A stretch of DNA of 64,000 nt from Nostoc sp. DedSLP01 (GTDB lineage: Bacteria; Cyanobacteriota; Cyanobacteriia; Cyanobacteriales; Nostocaceae), in contig JAVRCJ020000005.1 of assembly GCA_034530875.2 (NCBI GenBank), positions 160,001 through 224,000 on the forward strand, given 5' to 3'. The position numbers were made by a program, and so were the translations under genes. Shown piece after piece: positions 38,585-49,428 of this stretch. Under the pieces are notes generated by a model. It had not been told where the DNA came from. It searched no databases and saw nothing but the letters and a program-made list of their open reading frames with translations. The stretch's first letter is position 1. Every line of letters begins with the position of its first letter.

Positions 38585-39124
38585 GTGTCTGAGCAATTAC
38601 TACCTGGGTATTTTATTCGCCGTGGCTCAACTTTAGATCGATCGCTGCTGCTAAAATTCATGCAGCGCACTTACCAGGATCTTTTTCCTAACCAGGATTT
38701 TTCTCACCTAGAACAAACAGTCAAGCAATATTTCTCCAGCGACACACCCTTGTGGTGGGTCGAGGAAGACGCGGAGAGTGGGAGACACGGGGACGCCGAG
38801 ATTAATTTCCCCGCGTCCCCGCCTCCCCCTGTCTTTGCGTCCTCTTCCCCCATCGCCTGCGTCTGGGTGGGCAATGCCATAGACCAAGTACAGGGTAACC
38901 GTCATGCCCATATCTTTGTCCTGTATGTTGCGCCAGAACATCGGCGGCGAGGTATTGGTACAGCCTTGATGCAATATGTGGAAAATTGGGCGATGCAAAG
39001 AGGCGATCGCCAGATTGGGTTACAAGTTTTTCAATCAAACGCGCCTGCATTAAATCTTTACAATCAGTTAGGTTATCAAACCCAATCGCTGTGGATGGTA
39101 AAATTCCTGAGTGCAGAAAAATAA
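38585..39124 (+). CDS. GNAT N-acetyltransferase (with in-frame repeat insertion)
   Basis: LYVAPEHRRRGIGTAL acetyl-CoA motif; NAPALNLYNQLGY. Confidence 0.9.
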   Translation: MSEQLLPGYFIRRGSTLDRSLLLKFMQRTYQDLFPNQDFSHLEQTVKQYFSSDTPLWWVEEDAESGRHGDAEINFPASPPPPVFASSSPIACVWVGNAIDQVQGNRHAHIFVLYVAPEHRRRGIGTALMQYVENWAMQRGDRQIGLQVFQSNAPALNLYNQLGYQTQSLWMVKFLSAEK

Positions 39125-39142
39125 ACTAGTAATCACCAGTAT

Positions 39143-39275
39143 TCACAACGAGTTTTTCAATGTGATAACTGTAACTTCGAGTCTGGCGGAGATTTCAACG
39201 CTGGGATAAATTTGCAGCAGGCGGCCAGATTGGTCGTCTGAGCTTGTGGACTAGATAGTGCCTGCCGACACTATT
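39143..39275 (+). pseudogene. tnpB: tnpB 3'-end remnant (zinc ribbon/RuvC-III and start of right-end RNA)
   Basis: Translates SQRVFQCDNCNFESGGDFNAGINLQQAARLVV*ACGLDSA, similar to TnpB RxFxCxxC...DRDxNAAxNL. Confidence 0.65.
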
Positions 39276-39318
39276 AGCATACTTGCGGGATTTTTTTGGA
39301 TCGGATTGAAATGAAATT

Positions 39319-40077
39319 ATGTATGACGAAGACGATCTCAGCCTACTTGATGCAGAGGAGGACTTAGAAAGCCCTTTAGATAAAATAGAGCCGCTAAGCG
39401 ACTTAAGAGAAGTGCCTAAGCCCGATCCAGAAGTCATGCTAGCCCTGCTGGAAAATCCCCAACCCCAGCAAAGAATGTTAGCAGCGCGTGCCTTTTGCGA
39501 TCTTGAAGAACCTCGGGCGACTCCTCTACTGATTCGGTTATTAACTGATACCTGTCCCTTAGTTCGGGTGAGTGCAGCTTATGGCATCGGACGCAATCCC
39601 AGTTCTGAGGCAGTAAGTCCTTTAATTGCTCAATTGAATCAAGATTGGAATGGCTATGTGCGTAAAGGCATCGTTTGGGCTTTAGGAAACTGTCGCGATC
39701 GCCGTTGTTTAGCACCTCTGGCAGACGCCCTAAGAACTGACATTTCCGCAGTGCGTTTGTGGGCTGCTAGCGCCCTAGCACAAATGGCAGAAGTGGGTTA
39801 TGAAGCAATTATTGGAGCAATACCACCCTTGATAGGAGCCTTAGTCAATGACCCAGTAGCAGCAGTACGCAGTAACTCTGCTTGGGCAATCGGTCAATTG
39901 TGCCGCGAGTTGCCTTCTAACGTAGTTTATGCTACAGCGATCGATGCTTTAATTCAAGCCTTTGCCGAAGACCAAGATTTGGGAGTAAGGGAAGACGCCA
40001 AAGCCTCCCTCTTAGGAGTAGGCGATCCGCGTGGCTTGCAGTTGATTGAAACCCTGGAACAAGAGGGGTGGTTTTGA
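39319..40077 (+). CDS. HEAT-repeat (PBS lyase HEAT-like) protein
   Basis: Repeated VRxxAAxALG units. Confidence 0.88.
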   Translation: MYDEDDLSLLDAEEDLESPLDKIEPLSDLREVPKPDPEVMLALLENPQPQQRMLAARAFCDLEEPRATPLLIRLLTDTCPLVRVSAAYGIGRNPSSEAVSPLIAQLNQDWNGYVRKGIVWALGNCRDRRCLAPLADALRTDISAVRLWAASALAQMAEVGYEAIIGAIPPLIGALVNDPVAAVRSNSAWAIGQLCRELPSNVVYATAIDALIQAFAEDQDLGVREDAKASLLGVGDPRGLQLIETLEQEGWF

Positions 40078-40186
40078 TTTATTTGGGCATAGGGCAAGTG
40101 ACGAGTGTGGGAGGTGTGGGAGGATGGGGAAGAAATCTTTCCCCCCTAGTCCGCACACTTCCCTATCTCCCCATCTCCCTCTGCCC

Positions 40187-40594
40187 TTATTCATTTTCAC
40201 CTACAGGTTTGACCAAATTGAGGTCATAGGGGCGTTCTGTATCGTCCTCACCCAAATATTCGCCATTTTGAATCTCTAGAATCACTAAGGGAATATGACC
40301 GGGATTTTCTACCTTATGCAGCGTTGCAGCGGGAACATAAGTTGACTGGTTGCGATTGAGTAGTACTTCATCCTCACCACAAGTAACTTTCGCTACGCCT
40401 GAGACTACAACCCAGTGTTCGTTGCGATGATAATGAATTTGTGGTTTAATGCCATGCCTGGGCTTGATTTCAACGCGGCTAATTCTATAGGTATCTCCCT
40501 CCTCAATCACTTCCACGTTACCCCAGTATCGGGCACCGGAATGTGAAGACGCTTCATTAATATTTGACTGAGTATTATTTTCATTCAGACTCAT
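40187..40594 (-). CDS. Cupin protein (phosphomannose isomerase type II C-terminal-like)
   Basis: HYHRNEHWVVVSG...HKVENPG...EIQNGEYLGEDD; start uncertain (40594 or 40633). Confidence 0.85.
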   Translation of the reverse strand: MSLNENNTQSNINEASSHSGARYWGNVEVIEEGDTYRISRVEIKPRHGIKPQIHYHRNEHWVVVSGVAKVTCGEDEVLLNRNQSTYVPAATLHKVENPGHIPLVILEIQNGEYLGEDDTERPYDLNLVKPVGENE

Positions 40595-40763
40595 AACTAA
40601 TTTTTCAACCCAATGATTATTAATATTTGTCAATAATCTATCTTAAAGAGACTAAATTTGGATAAACATTCTGATGAAAAAAGGCAATATACATCAATAG
40701 GTTTTGGGAAAGGGGAAAGGGTGGATTTCAACCTTTACCCTGGGAAGTTCCCTTGGGAGACTG

Positions 40764-42113
40764 CTAGCTTCCCGTATACTGAATTCTATAGATGCGGTTA
40801 TTGGCTTCGTCTGTAACTAGGAGGCTGCCGTCTGGTAACGTTAGTAAACCGACGGGTCGTCCCCAAGTAGTTGGTACAGAAGCATCGAGCAAAAATCCGG
40901 AAAGAAAATCTTCATAATAGCCTTGTGGTTGTCCTTTGGCATTGAACGGAACAAACACAACTTTGTAACCGGTGCCGCGATCGCGGTTCCAAGAACCACG
41001 AAAAGCAACAAAAGCACCGTTACGGTACTTTTGTGGAAATGTTTTCCCATCATAAAACTGCAAACCCAAAGCTGCTGAGTGCGCCTGAAACAGTACGTTC
41101 GGCGTTTTGGTTTTAGCTGCTAAATCTGGACGTTTGCTTTGGTCGTTAGTTTTTTGACGCGGATCGAGATTGTCTCCTGTCAAGTAAGTATAAGGCCAGC
41201 CGTAGAATTCCCCCTGGCGGATGCGTGTTAAATAATCTGGTACTAAATCATCCCCAATTCCGTCTCGTTCGTTAACTGTAGTGTAAAGTTCCTTAGTTAC
41301 AGGATGAAAATCTAGACCAACAGGGTTACGCAGACCAAAAGCGAAAGTCTGCTGCTGGGAACCATCCAAATTCATCACCTGCACTGAAGCCCGTGGTAAG
41401 GGTTCTTCATCGACGTTGGTTCCCGAACCAACTGAAACGTATAATTTATTTCCATCAGGTGAGACAACAACATTGCGCGTCCAATGATTGTTATAGCCTT
41501 CAGCAGGCAAGTCAGCAATTTTTTGCCCTTTGTCTGTAATCTGGTTTTGACCTTGAGTATAAGGAAAACGCAATACGGCATCGGTGTTTCCGAGAAAGAA
41601 GGAATCGCCTGCAAAAGCCATACCAAAGGGTCGATTGAGTCCGTTGTCTCTAGTAGCAAAGGTTTCTCGAACTTCCGCTACACCATCACCGTCGCGATCG
41701 CCCAACAAACGAATGCGATTTTGACTGGTTTCAGTCACCAATACATCACCAGTAGGAGTTAAAGCTAGCCAGCGTGGGGCATTTAAACCTTCGGCAAAGA
41801 CGTTAACTCTAAAACCTTGTGGGACGCGTAATAGCGGATTTTCCGGAATGGACACAACTTCAGGTCGCTTGGAGGCACTTTCTGTTGCGAAGGGCGCTGG
41901 TAAGTTTTTCACATTGATGCGAATAGGTTGAGGTGAAAATACTTCAGTCCGAATGATATTTTTCGATTCCGATTGTGTAGGATTTTGTGCCAGATCGACA
42001 GAAGGTGCAGATGTTTGCGGTGGTGGATTATCAGAGGAAGCGCGAGTCTGATTACAGGCTGCTACCAAGGTGAGTAAAAAAACTGGCAGCATCAAACGCG
42101 CAAAAACTTTCAT
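40764..42113 (-). CDS. Sorbosone/PQQ-dependent sugar dehydrogenase family lipoprotein
   Basis: Lipobox VAAC, NHWTR, GLRNPVG, NERD, GSWNR, GRPVG. Confidence 0.88.
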   Translation of the reverse strand: MKVFARLMLPVFLLTLVAACNQTRASSDNPPPQTSAPSVDLAQNPTQSESKNIIRTEVFSPQPIRINVKNLPAPFATESASKRPEVVSIPENPLLRVPQGFRVNVFAEGLNAPRWLALTPTGDVLVTETSQNRIRLLGDRDGDGVAEVRETFATRDNGLNRPFGMAFAGDSFFLGNTDAVLRFPYTQGQNQITDKGQKIADLPAEGYNNHWTRNVVVSPDGNKLYVSVGSGTNVDEEPLPRASVQVMNLDGSQQQTFAFGLRNPVGLDFHPVTKELYTTVNERDGIGDDLVPDYLTRIRQGEFYGWPYTYLTGDNLDPRQKTNDQSKRPDLAAKTKTPNVLFQAHSAALGLQFYDGKTFPQKYRNGAFVAFRGSWNRDRGTGYKVVFVPFNAKGQPQGYYEDFLSGFLLDASVPTTWGRPVGLLTLPDGSLLVTDEANNRIYRIQYTGS

Positions 42114-42284
42114 GGCAATAAATACGATACACTTCTTTATACTTTAGGCTTGAAACTTAACCCTCGTCGCCAGTCTAAAGTCCGATTTTTCTTGAAGGAA
42201 CTAGGGACTGAGGAACAAAATTAGAAATGCTATTTTCCGATACCCACTCACTAATCCCAATCCCCAGCCACCAGTCACCAATTC

Positions 42285-43508
42285 TTAAGCGTATAAATAT
42301 TTATTTGTTAATAAAAAATTTTCAAATTCCGAAGCTGGTAAAGGACGACTAAATAGAAAACCTTGCATGTGATCGCAGTTGTGTTGCCGTAAAAAAGCCA
42401 GTTCTGCCTCGGTTTCCACACCTTCAGCAACTGTATGTAGGTTGAGATTGTGGGCCATTTGAATTAATGCTTTGGTAATCGCAGATTTTTGGGGATCGTT
42501 GGCAACATTATGAATAAAGTAACGGTCAATTTTTAAAATATTAATTGGTAAATTTTTCAGATATATTAAAGAAGAATAACCTGTACCAAAATCATCGATC
42601 GCTATTTTCACGCCCAGATAACGCAATTTATTCATAGTAGCGATCGCACTATTTACATCTTGCATAATCATACTTTCAGTCAGCTCTAATTCTAAGAAAT
42701 CTCCTTGCAAACCATTGCTTTCTATAAAATTCACTATTTTCTGAAGAAAATCTGGTTGATTAAATTCCAGAACTGATAAATTTACCGCAATATTTAACGA
42801 ATCAATTCCGATATCTCGCCATTGTCTCATTTGTTCGCAGACTTTTTTCAATACCCATTTTCCAATAGGAACAATTAAACCTGTAGACTCTGCCAAAGGA
42901 ATAAATTCTGTGGGATAAATTATTCCTAATTCTGGGCTTTGCCAGCGCAATAAACTTTCAGCGGCTACTATCTTCCCAGAGGCAATATCGACTATTGGCT
43001 GATAATAAATCTCAAATTCTTGAAAATTATGTTGTTTTATAGCTCGATGCAAGCTAATTTCTAATAACTGCATTTTAGGAGACAAGTTCTGAATTGTAGT
43101 CTGAGTAGATAAATATCTTTTTAAAGTAGCGTATTTTTCCAACCTGTTCATAATGGCACTTAATAACTCCGCCCGAGTGAATGGCTTAGTTATATAGTCA
43201 TCCGCACCCAGATCCATACCTCGACGGAAGTCAGATTTGGCAGATTTGGCAGTGAGAAAAATGAAGGGAATTGTTGCGGTTGTTGGGTCTTGACGTAATA
43301 CTGTTAGCACCCCATAACCGTCAATTTCTGGCATCATCATGTCACACAAAATTAAATCCGGAACTTCGGAAATAGCCAAATTTAACCCGATTCTGCCATT
43401 GGCAGCAGCAAGAGTTTCAAAATCTTCAGCTTCTAGTAAATCTAAAATGTTTTCTCTAACTGATTCTTCATCTTCAATTATTAATATTTTTGGCATAAAC
43501 AATTCCAA
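42285..43508 (-). CDS. Response regulator with EAL phosphodiesterase domain
   Basis: Receiver domain, YYQPIVD, ESLLRW, DDFGTGYSS, AEGVET. Confidence 0.92.
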   Translation of the reverse strand: MELFMPKILIIEDEESVRENILDLLEAEDFETLAAANGRIGLNLAISEVPDLILCDMMMPEIDGYGVLTVLRQDPTTATIPFIFLTAKSAKSDFRRGMDLGADDYITKPFTRAELLSAIMNRLEKYATLKRYLSTQTTIQNLSPKMQLLEISLHRAIKQHNFQEFEIYYQPIVDIASGKIVAAESLLRWQSPELGIIYPTEFIPLAESTGLIVPIGKWVLKKVCEQMRQWRDIGIDSLNIAVNLSVLEFNQPDFLQKIVNFIESNGLQGDFLELELTESMIMQDVNSAIATMNKLRYLGVKIAIDDFGTGYSSLIYLKNLPINILKIDRYFIHNVANDPQKSAITKALIQMAHNLNLHTVAEGVETEAELAFLRQHNCDHMQGFLFSRPLPASEFENFLLTNKYLYA

Positions 43509-43509
43509 T

Positions 43510-46194
43510 CTATATTTTATTATTTAATGATATTTTGACAGTAAACTTTGTACCCAAGCTGACTGTACTTTTAACAAATATTTCACCTTGATGTAGTTCT
43601 AAACACTTTTTGACAATTGTCATTCCTAATCCAGTACCTAGTATATTGCCTACATTTCTGGCACGATGAAACGATTCAAATAAAAAAGGTAAATCTTCTT
43701 CTGGAATGCCAATTCCCCAATCTTGAATTTCAAATACTGCTTGTCCATTTTTGCAACTGAGACTGAACTTAACAATGCTATCATCGGCAGAATATTTGAT
43801 TGCATTTGATAATAAGTTATTCAAAATGTGTGCTAACAATTGAGCATCCATACAGCAAGGTATAGATTCATATTGACTGATGAAAGAAATCAAGCGTTGA
43901 TTGTTGAGATTCATCTGTATTTCTTCCACCAGTTTTTGACAGTATTTGACTAAATCAAAGGATGTTGGTTTATACTCGAACTTTCCGGTTCCTGCTTTGC
44001 CGATAACTAACACATCATTCAACATTTCCGTCATCCGTTTGACGGCGGTTTGAATGCGATGTAAATGAGTGAGTTGTTTTTCTTGGGTCCATTTGTGGCG
44101 GTAGTGTTCCAATAACTCACAAGAAGAAAGTATAGTACTCAAGGGGGTGCGGAATTCATGAGAAGTCATGGAGACAAAGCGAGATTTAAGTTCGCTAAGT
44201 TGTTTTTCTTTTTCTAGCGCTATTCTGAGTTCTTGTTCTAATTGCTTGCGTTCTGTAATATCTACTAAATAACCCACAATTTCTATAGGGTTACCAGTTC
44301 GATCGCGAACTAGCTTACCTTGGTCGTATATCCAACGATAAGTACCGTCTTGGTGTAAAAATCGGTATTCGATTGTGTACTGTTCGTGCTCTAATATCTT
44401 TGAAAGTTGAGCAAACACTGGGTTGATGTCTTCTGGATGAATATGAGTAGCCCAAAAATTAGAATTTTCTACAAATCTTCGTGCTTGATAGCCCGTAACT
44501 GTCGTGACATTTTCGCTAATAAATGTTATGCCAAAGTCTCCATAAATCTTGCAAGTATAGATGACTGCTGGGCTAAAAGAAACTAAATATTGCAGCTGTT
44601 GTTGACTTAAAAATAGTGCAGCTTCTTGTTGCTTGCGCTTTGTAATATCTCGAACCATACCGTGATATCCACAAAATTTACCTTCAGCGTCAAAGATTGG
44701 AACTCCGCTGGTTTCGAGAACAACTAAATAACCATCTTGATGGATATTAATATTTTCAAGGCATTTAAAGGGTTGTTGTGCAGCAGCAATGGGTGCAAAA
44801 ATCTGAATCACCCGTTCAGCTTCTTTAGGTAACATCAAATCGAAGGGTGTTTTACCCAAAATCTCTGTTGCTTCATAACCTAAAATTTCACGTATGTTCG
44901 GGCTTATATATGTATAGACTGTATTTTCATCAACTTCCCATACCCAATCGCTGCTAGCTTCAACTAAGTTACGGAATCTTTCTTCCCTGTGTTTGAGTAC
45001 CTGTTGGGCAAGTTTGCATTTTAAGAGTGCTTGTTGTTTAACAATACTAAAAATCTCATAAATATTACTCAGATAAATTAAAAATTTCCCTTGACGATCG
45101 CATATTAGCAAAGCACGTAAAAAATACCAGCCATAGCTTTTTTGAGTTTCTCTCAGCCAAGCTTCAGCGATGGTGAGAAATATTTGGCCAAAGTTGCAAT
45201 TACAACCCATGAAAATGGAGTTTCGATCCTTCGGGCAAACAGCCTCCTCAATAGTATCCATAACTAACTGCAACATTTGTTGGGATTGCCGCAGTTGTTC
45301 CTTTTTTGCCTGTACACGGGAGGTAGTAATATCCACAGAAACTCCAATGAAGCGGGCTAGTTGGGCTGTAGTATTTTTACGTACTATAACGCGCCTTAGT
45401 AACCATTTGTACTCAGACAAGTGCCTCTCAAAGAAAATCCGATATTCTAATTGATATGAAGTAATACTAGCGATCGCGCAGGAGTTGCTATCAGCAAATT
45501 TTTGGCAATTCTCTGGATCTAGCAAGGTCTCTAGGCTAGATTTACAAACAAAATTTCCCAAAGCCTTAGTATCTCGGCTCCTATCTACCAGTAATGCCGT
45601 ATCATCAATGATACAAAAGCACTGTTCGCTCTCACATGGTATCTCAAAAGCTGTGGTATCGCGATCGCTGTGGGTGAATTCGTAAATTTTTTCAGACTCA
45701 TTGGCAGCAAAAGCCGCATTCGCTACCCCTGACTCAAGCAAATCCCGTTGTTCCTGAGGTTGCTGATAGCGATCTGTAGGTTTTTCTATTCCTGGCGTTA
45801 GCCCTTGACAAATACTCTCAGGAGTGATTATACCAATTACTTGACCTTGGTTATCTACAACTGGCAGTAAATGCAACTGCTGTTGGCACAATAGTGACAG
45901 GACACAGGAAATTTCCTGAAATTCTGACATCTTGAATGTTTTCACCGAAGTATGCATCACCTCAGAAATCTTCGCTGTTTTCAAGTCAGTTCCTGAAGCG
46001 ATAAGCTTTACGATATCTTGCTTTGTCAAGCATCCCACTAAGTGCGAACAAGACCCCACCAAGACACTTTTGTTCTGTGCTGCCATCAGAGCGATCGTAT
46101 CCGATAGCGATGTTTCCGGCACAACCATTAGTGGCGACCAGTCAATAATTGACTCTAAGCTTTCTAGCTCGATAAACTGAGATAAAGCTTGCAT
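43510..46194 (-). CDS. CBS-PAS sensor histidine kinase
   Basis: N-terminal CBS pair, PAS domains, SHEFRTPL, NAIKYS, GTGLG. Confidence 0.88.
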   Translation of the reverse strand: MQALSQFIELESLESIIDWSPLMVVPETSLSDTIALMAAQNKSVLVGSCSHLVGCLTKQDIVKLIASGTDLKTAKISEVMHTSVKTFKMSEFQEISCVLSLLCQQQLHLLPVVDNQGQVIGIITPESICQGLTPGIEKPTDRYQQPQEQRDLLESGVANAAFAANESEKIYEFTHSDRDTTAFEIPCESEQCFCIIDDTALLVDRSRDTKALGNFVCKSSLETLLDPENCQKFADSNSCAIASITSYQLEYRIFFERHLSEYKWLLRRVIVRKNTTAQLARFIGVSVDITTSRVQAKKEQLRQSQQMLQLVMDTIEEAVCPKDRNSIFMGCNCNFGQIFLTIAEAWLRETQKSYGWYFLRALLICDRQGKFLIYLSNIYEIFSIVKQQALLKCKLAQQVLKHREERFRNLVEASSDWVWEVDENTVYTYISPNIREILGYEATEILGKTPFDLMLPKEAERVIQIFAPIAAAQQPFKCLENINIHQDGYLVVLETSGVPIFDAEGKFCGYHGMVRDITKRKQQEAALFLSQQQLQYLVSFSPAVIYTCKIYGDFGITFISENVTTVTGYQARRFVENSNFWATHIHPEDINPVFAQLSKILEHEQYTIEYRFLHQDGTYRWIYDQGKLVRDRTGNPIEIVGYLVDITERKQLEQELRIALEKEKQLSELKSRFVSMTSHEFRTPLSTILSSCELLEHYRHKWTQEKQLTHLHRIQTAVKRMTEMLNDVLVIGKAGTGKFEYKPTSFDLVKYCQKLVEEIQMNLNNQRLISFISQYESIPCCMDAQLLAHILNNLLSNAIKYSADDSIVKFSLSCKNGQAVFEIQDWGIGIPEEDLPFLFESFHRARNVGNILGTGLGMTIVKKCLELHQGEIFVKSTVSLGTKFTVKISLNNKI

Positions 46195-46578
46195 AGATTA
46201 TTACTATAGCTATTATCAAGAGATAGTTATCTAAAGCTGTTCACTTAAGCATTTTCTAATATTTTGGCGTGAAACAATTAGTAATTTTTGAAGTATAAAC
46301 ACTGTAAAAATAGTGTTAAGAAATACAAAGCAGCTGTTATGCAGCTACTTGGGAGCTGCGGACTCGGAACAGACAAAGGAGCAGAGGTCTAGGGAAAGGC
46401 TTGCTCTAACAAAATTTATGGGGTGTTGCAGGAGGCAGGAGGCAGGAGGCAGAAGGTAAAACTATTGCTATTCCTAGCATTCACCCTTGTCATTATGTCC
46501 TAACCTCTATGACTACGGCTATAGTTATTAATTGTTCTCCCCATTCCCCATTCCCCATTCCCCATTCCCCAGTCTCTA

Positions 46579-49428
46579 CTAACGCAACCCCACCCGTCTT
46601 TCGCCGTAACGCAGTAACCTTTCTATAGTTGCAAGCCGATTTTCCCAGACTTTGACCTGATAGGTATTTGATTTGAGTTCTTGCTGCATCAATACGCGAA
46701 ATTGAGACTGGAAGCGAGTCAGGGAAGCTCTTGCCACTAGTAATTTACTTTCAGAAGGTGCGGCGGCCAGCTGATTTAAAGCAGTACGTAAAACTTCTGC
46801 CTGGTTGTTAAAATCGGAAATTGTTTGAGCAGGCATTGACAATTGCTGGTTTTGCAAAACTAATTTCCATTCTCGTTGTAGCGCGCTGTAACGAATAGCA
46901 GCGCTTTGGAAAGGCTGACGATGAGGAATAGGTTCATTTGTTGCCGATTTAACTCTACCTTGGGTGTTAATAAAAAGTTTTTGCAAGTCGTTGTTAAAAT
47001 TCTCTGCTGCGAAAAGTGCATAACCACTAACTGGCAAATCCCTAACTAATTGCAGCTGGTCGAATGTTCCAATTGTGGGCAAAGAAAGTAAGCGAATTCC
47101 TGGTACTAATAAGGTGGCTCCTAACTGTTTAGAAGCAATCCAAGGTTGAGCCAGTCGTTGAAAGCGGGATGTATCTAAGGCATAAGTCATGGGAACGATT
47201 AAATCTACATCTCCTTGCCTTGCCCAAGTTTCCCAGTTTTGCTGAATTTTCTGAATTCGCTCTCCTTGCGGTAAGGGAAAGACTGCAACTGACAAAATCA
47301 AATTTGGCCGCTTTTGCCGCAACTGCTTTGATAGTTGAGCAACAAAGCTATCAACTTGTTCGGTACGGAATGTTGTCCATTTTTGCCACAGTTCTGGTTG
47401 GCTAGGAGAAATATTCTGCGGATCTACACCAGTGAGTTGCTGAAACTGCGCTCTTGCAGCTTTACCATAACCGTAGGTTCGGCCTGCAAGTGGGTCTTGG
47501 AAGGGATAACGAATGTAATCGAGTTGTAGACCGTCTACATCATAGCGAGTGACGATTTCTTCGTAGAGCTTGAGCAAATATTGTCGTACTTCGGGGTTGG
47601 CTGGGTCGAAGAATGGTTTAGTTTGACCGACAGGAATCATGTTGCCCAGATTATCGTAGTTTGCCCAATCGGGATGAGCAGCCAATACTGGCCCTGGGTA
47701 ATCACGATTAACGTTGATAATCTCATTGTGACGTTGGTTGCCGGCGGCAAAAGTCCAAACCCAAGCGTGTAATTCCATATTTCGTTCGTGGGCTAGCTTG
47801 ACTGCATCTGCTAAAGGATCCCAACCGCGAATTAATGGGTTTTGTTCTTTGGCGACTTGGCTAGGATAAATTGTATAGCCAGCGTTAACGGTTTCAAAAA
47901 AGACGGTATTAATCCCGCTTGCTGAGAGTCTGTCAAAAATTTCGGCGAGTCCCGCTTTGCTACCTGCGCGGACAATGGTTCCTCGGTCTAACCAAACAGC
48001 GCGGATTTCTGGTTGAGCTAGTCTGCGATCGACAGGAAACTGCTGCCACAAAATTCTTTTAGCAATTAGCCATTGCTGACGAGCCAAAGCGTAATTTTTT
48101 TGGGCAATCAATTGGGGTAAATTTTTAGCAATTACTTTGGCTTGTTCTAAAGCTTGCTCTTTACTAGTGACTAATGCCCCTGGTCTGGTGGAGGCTACTA
48201 CAGTCTGTTGTTTGGACTGGGCGTTTACGCTGTCGATATCTCCAGAAGCTTCGTCTAGATTAGCTGCACTAGCTAACACTGCTAAATGGGCACTTTCTAC
48301 GCGACCAATGAGATTTTGTAATTCTTGTTGCAGAGCGATCGCTTCATTTTGATTAATCGGCTCATTGGAGTTGGGTAAAACATCCAAACGCACTGCTTCT
48401 TCCAATTGGTCGATGGGTTCTTTGGATGTTGGCGGTTTAACTACAGGAAGCGCTCTCGGTTGGGGAGCAGTGGCAGTTTTAGGAGGAGAGACGCGGGGAG
48501 GGGAAGACGCTCTGACGCGGGGAAGTTCTCCTTGTCCGCGTCCTGCTGTCTCCTGGCGTTCTGGTGTTTTGATGTCTTGGTTTCCCCGCGTCGCCATGTC
48601 GCCGCGTCCCTGCGTCCTTGCATCAGAGCGTCCCGCTACTGTTGGCACTGTAGTAGAACAATTTGGGGAACCTCCTTCTATTTTCTTCATACGATTTGAT
48701 GGAGCTGGTGCCATCAAATAGTAATTAACGGCAGCTTGCAACCAAGCACTATCTAATTCTGCTGCTGAGGCTGTATCTGTTCCCCAGCGCCAGCCCAAAA
48801 ATGTGGAACGTTCGGTTGTAATGACTGCGGCAGGATTATCTTTGGAGTTCCAAATAGCAGGAGATTGAGTGCCCATATCATTGGGAATTACAACACCACC
48901 GCGCACTTTGCCAAAGAGTTCAGTTTGATTTGCCCATCCTGGGATTTTAGTTTGTGCGGGTTTGATTTCTGTTGTACTACTGAGGCTGAATCCCCAATAA
49001 CCTCCTAAGAGCGATCGCAATAACTGGCGAACTCCAGGCGCTGATAAACTACCTGCGGGGCCGCTGGCAATTAAGCGCCCTCCCTTACTCATCCATTCTT
49101 CTAGAGCGATCGCTTGGGTTGGGGTTAATGTCTCGACGTTTGGCAAAAATAATATCCGGCGATCGCCCCAATCTCCCAAACTCTTGACATTATCTAGAGG
49201 AATTACACAATATTTCGCCCCTATACTTTGTAGGCGATCGGTGATACCTGCCCATTGATTCGCGTTTTCTTGGCTATGTACTACGCTCAATACGGGTTCT
49301 TCAATTACCGCCTTTGCTGGTAAAGCATTCAATAAATTTAAAATTAAAATTTCTAACCCTAAAATAAATAATCTTCTAGTTTTTTTTATTTCTAAATTAA
49401 TATTTTCTTCCTTCTCTTGGTGCTTCAC
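46579..49428 (-). CDS. Glycosyl hydrolase-like family 10 (GHL10) protein
   Basis: EIRAVWLD, ELHAW, DGLQLDYIRYP, PMTY motifs; signal-like N-terminus. Confidence 0.85.
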   Translation of the reverse strand: MKHQEKEENINLEIKKTRRLFILGLEILILNLLNALPAKAVIEEPVLSVVHSQENANQWAGITDRLQSIGAKYCVIPLDNVKSLGDWGDRRILFLPNVETLTPTQAIALEEWMSKGGRLIASGPAGSLSAPGVRQLLRSLLGGYWGFSLSSTTEIKPAQTKIPGWANQTELFGKVRGGVVIPNDMGTQSPAIWNSKDNPAAVITTERSTFLGWRWGTDTASAAELDSAWLQAAVNYYLMAPAPSNRMKKIEGGSPNCSTTVPTVAGRSDARTQGRGDMATRGNQDIKTPERQETAGRGQGELPRVRASSPPRVSPPKTATAPQPRALPVVKPPTSKEPIDQLEEAVRLDVLPNSNEPINQNEAIALQQELQNLIGRVESAHLAVLASAANLDEASGDIDSVNAQSKQQTVVASTRPGALVTSKEQALEQAKVIAKNLPQLIAQKNYALARQQWLIAKRILWQQFPVDRRLAQPEIRAVWLDRGTIVRAGSKAGLAEIFDRLSASGINTVFFETVNAGYTIYPSQVAKEQNPLIRGWDPLADAVKLAHERNMELHAWVWTFAAGNQRHNEIINVNRDYPGPVLAAHPDWANYDNLGNMIPVGQTKPFFDPANPEVRQYLLKLYEEIVTRYDVDGLQLDYIRYPFQDPLAGRTYGYGKAARAQFQQLTGVDPQNISPSQPELWQKWTTFRTEQVDSFVAQLSKQLRQKRPNLILSVAVFPLPQGERIQKIQQNWETWARQGDVDLIVPMTYALDTSRFQRLAQPWIASKQLGATLLVPGIRLLSLPTIGTFDQLQLVRDLPVSGYALFAAENFNNDLQKLFINTQGRVKSATNEPIPHRQPFQSAAIRYSALQREWKLVLQNQQLSMPAQTISDFNNQAEVLRTALNQLAAAPSESKLLVARASLTRFQSQFRVLMQQELKSNTYQVKVWENRLATIERLLRYGERRVGLR

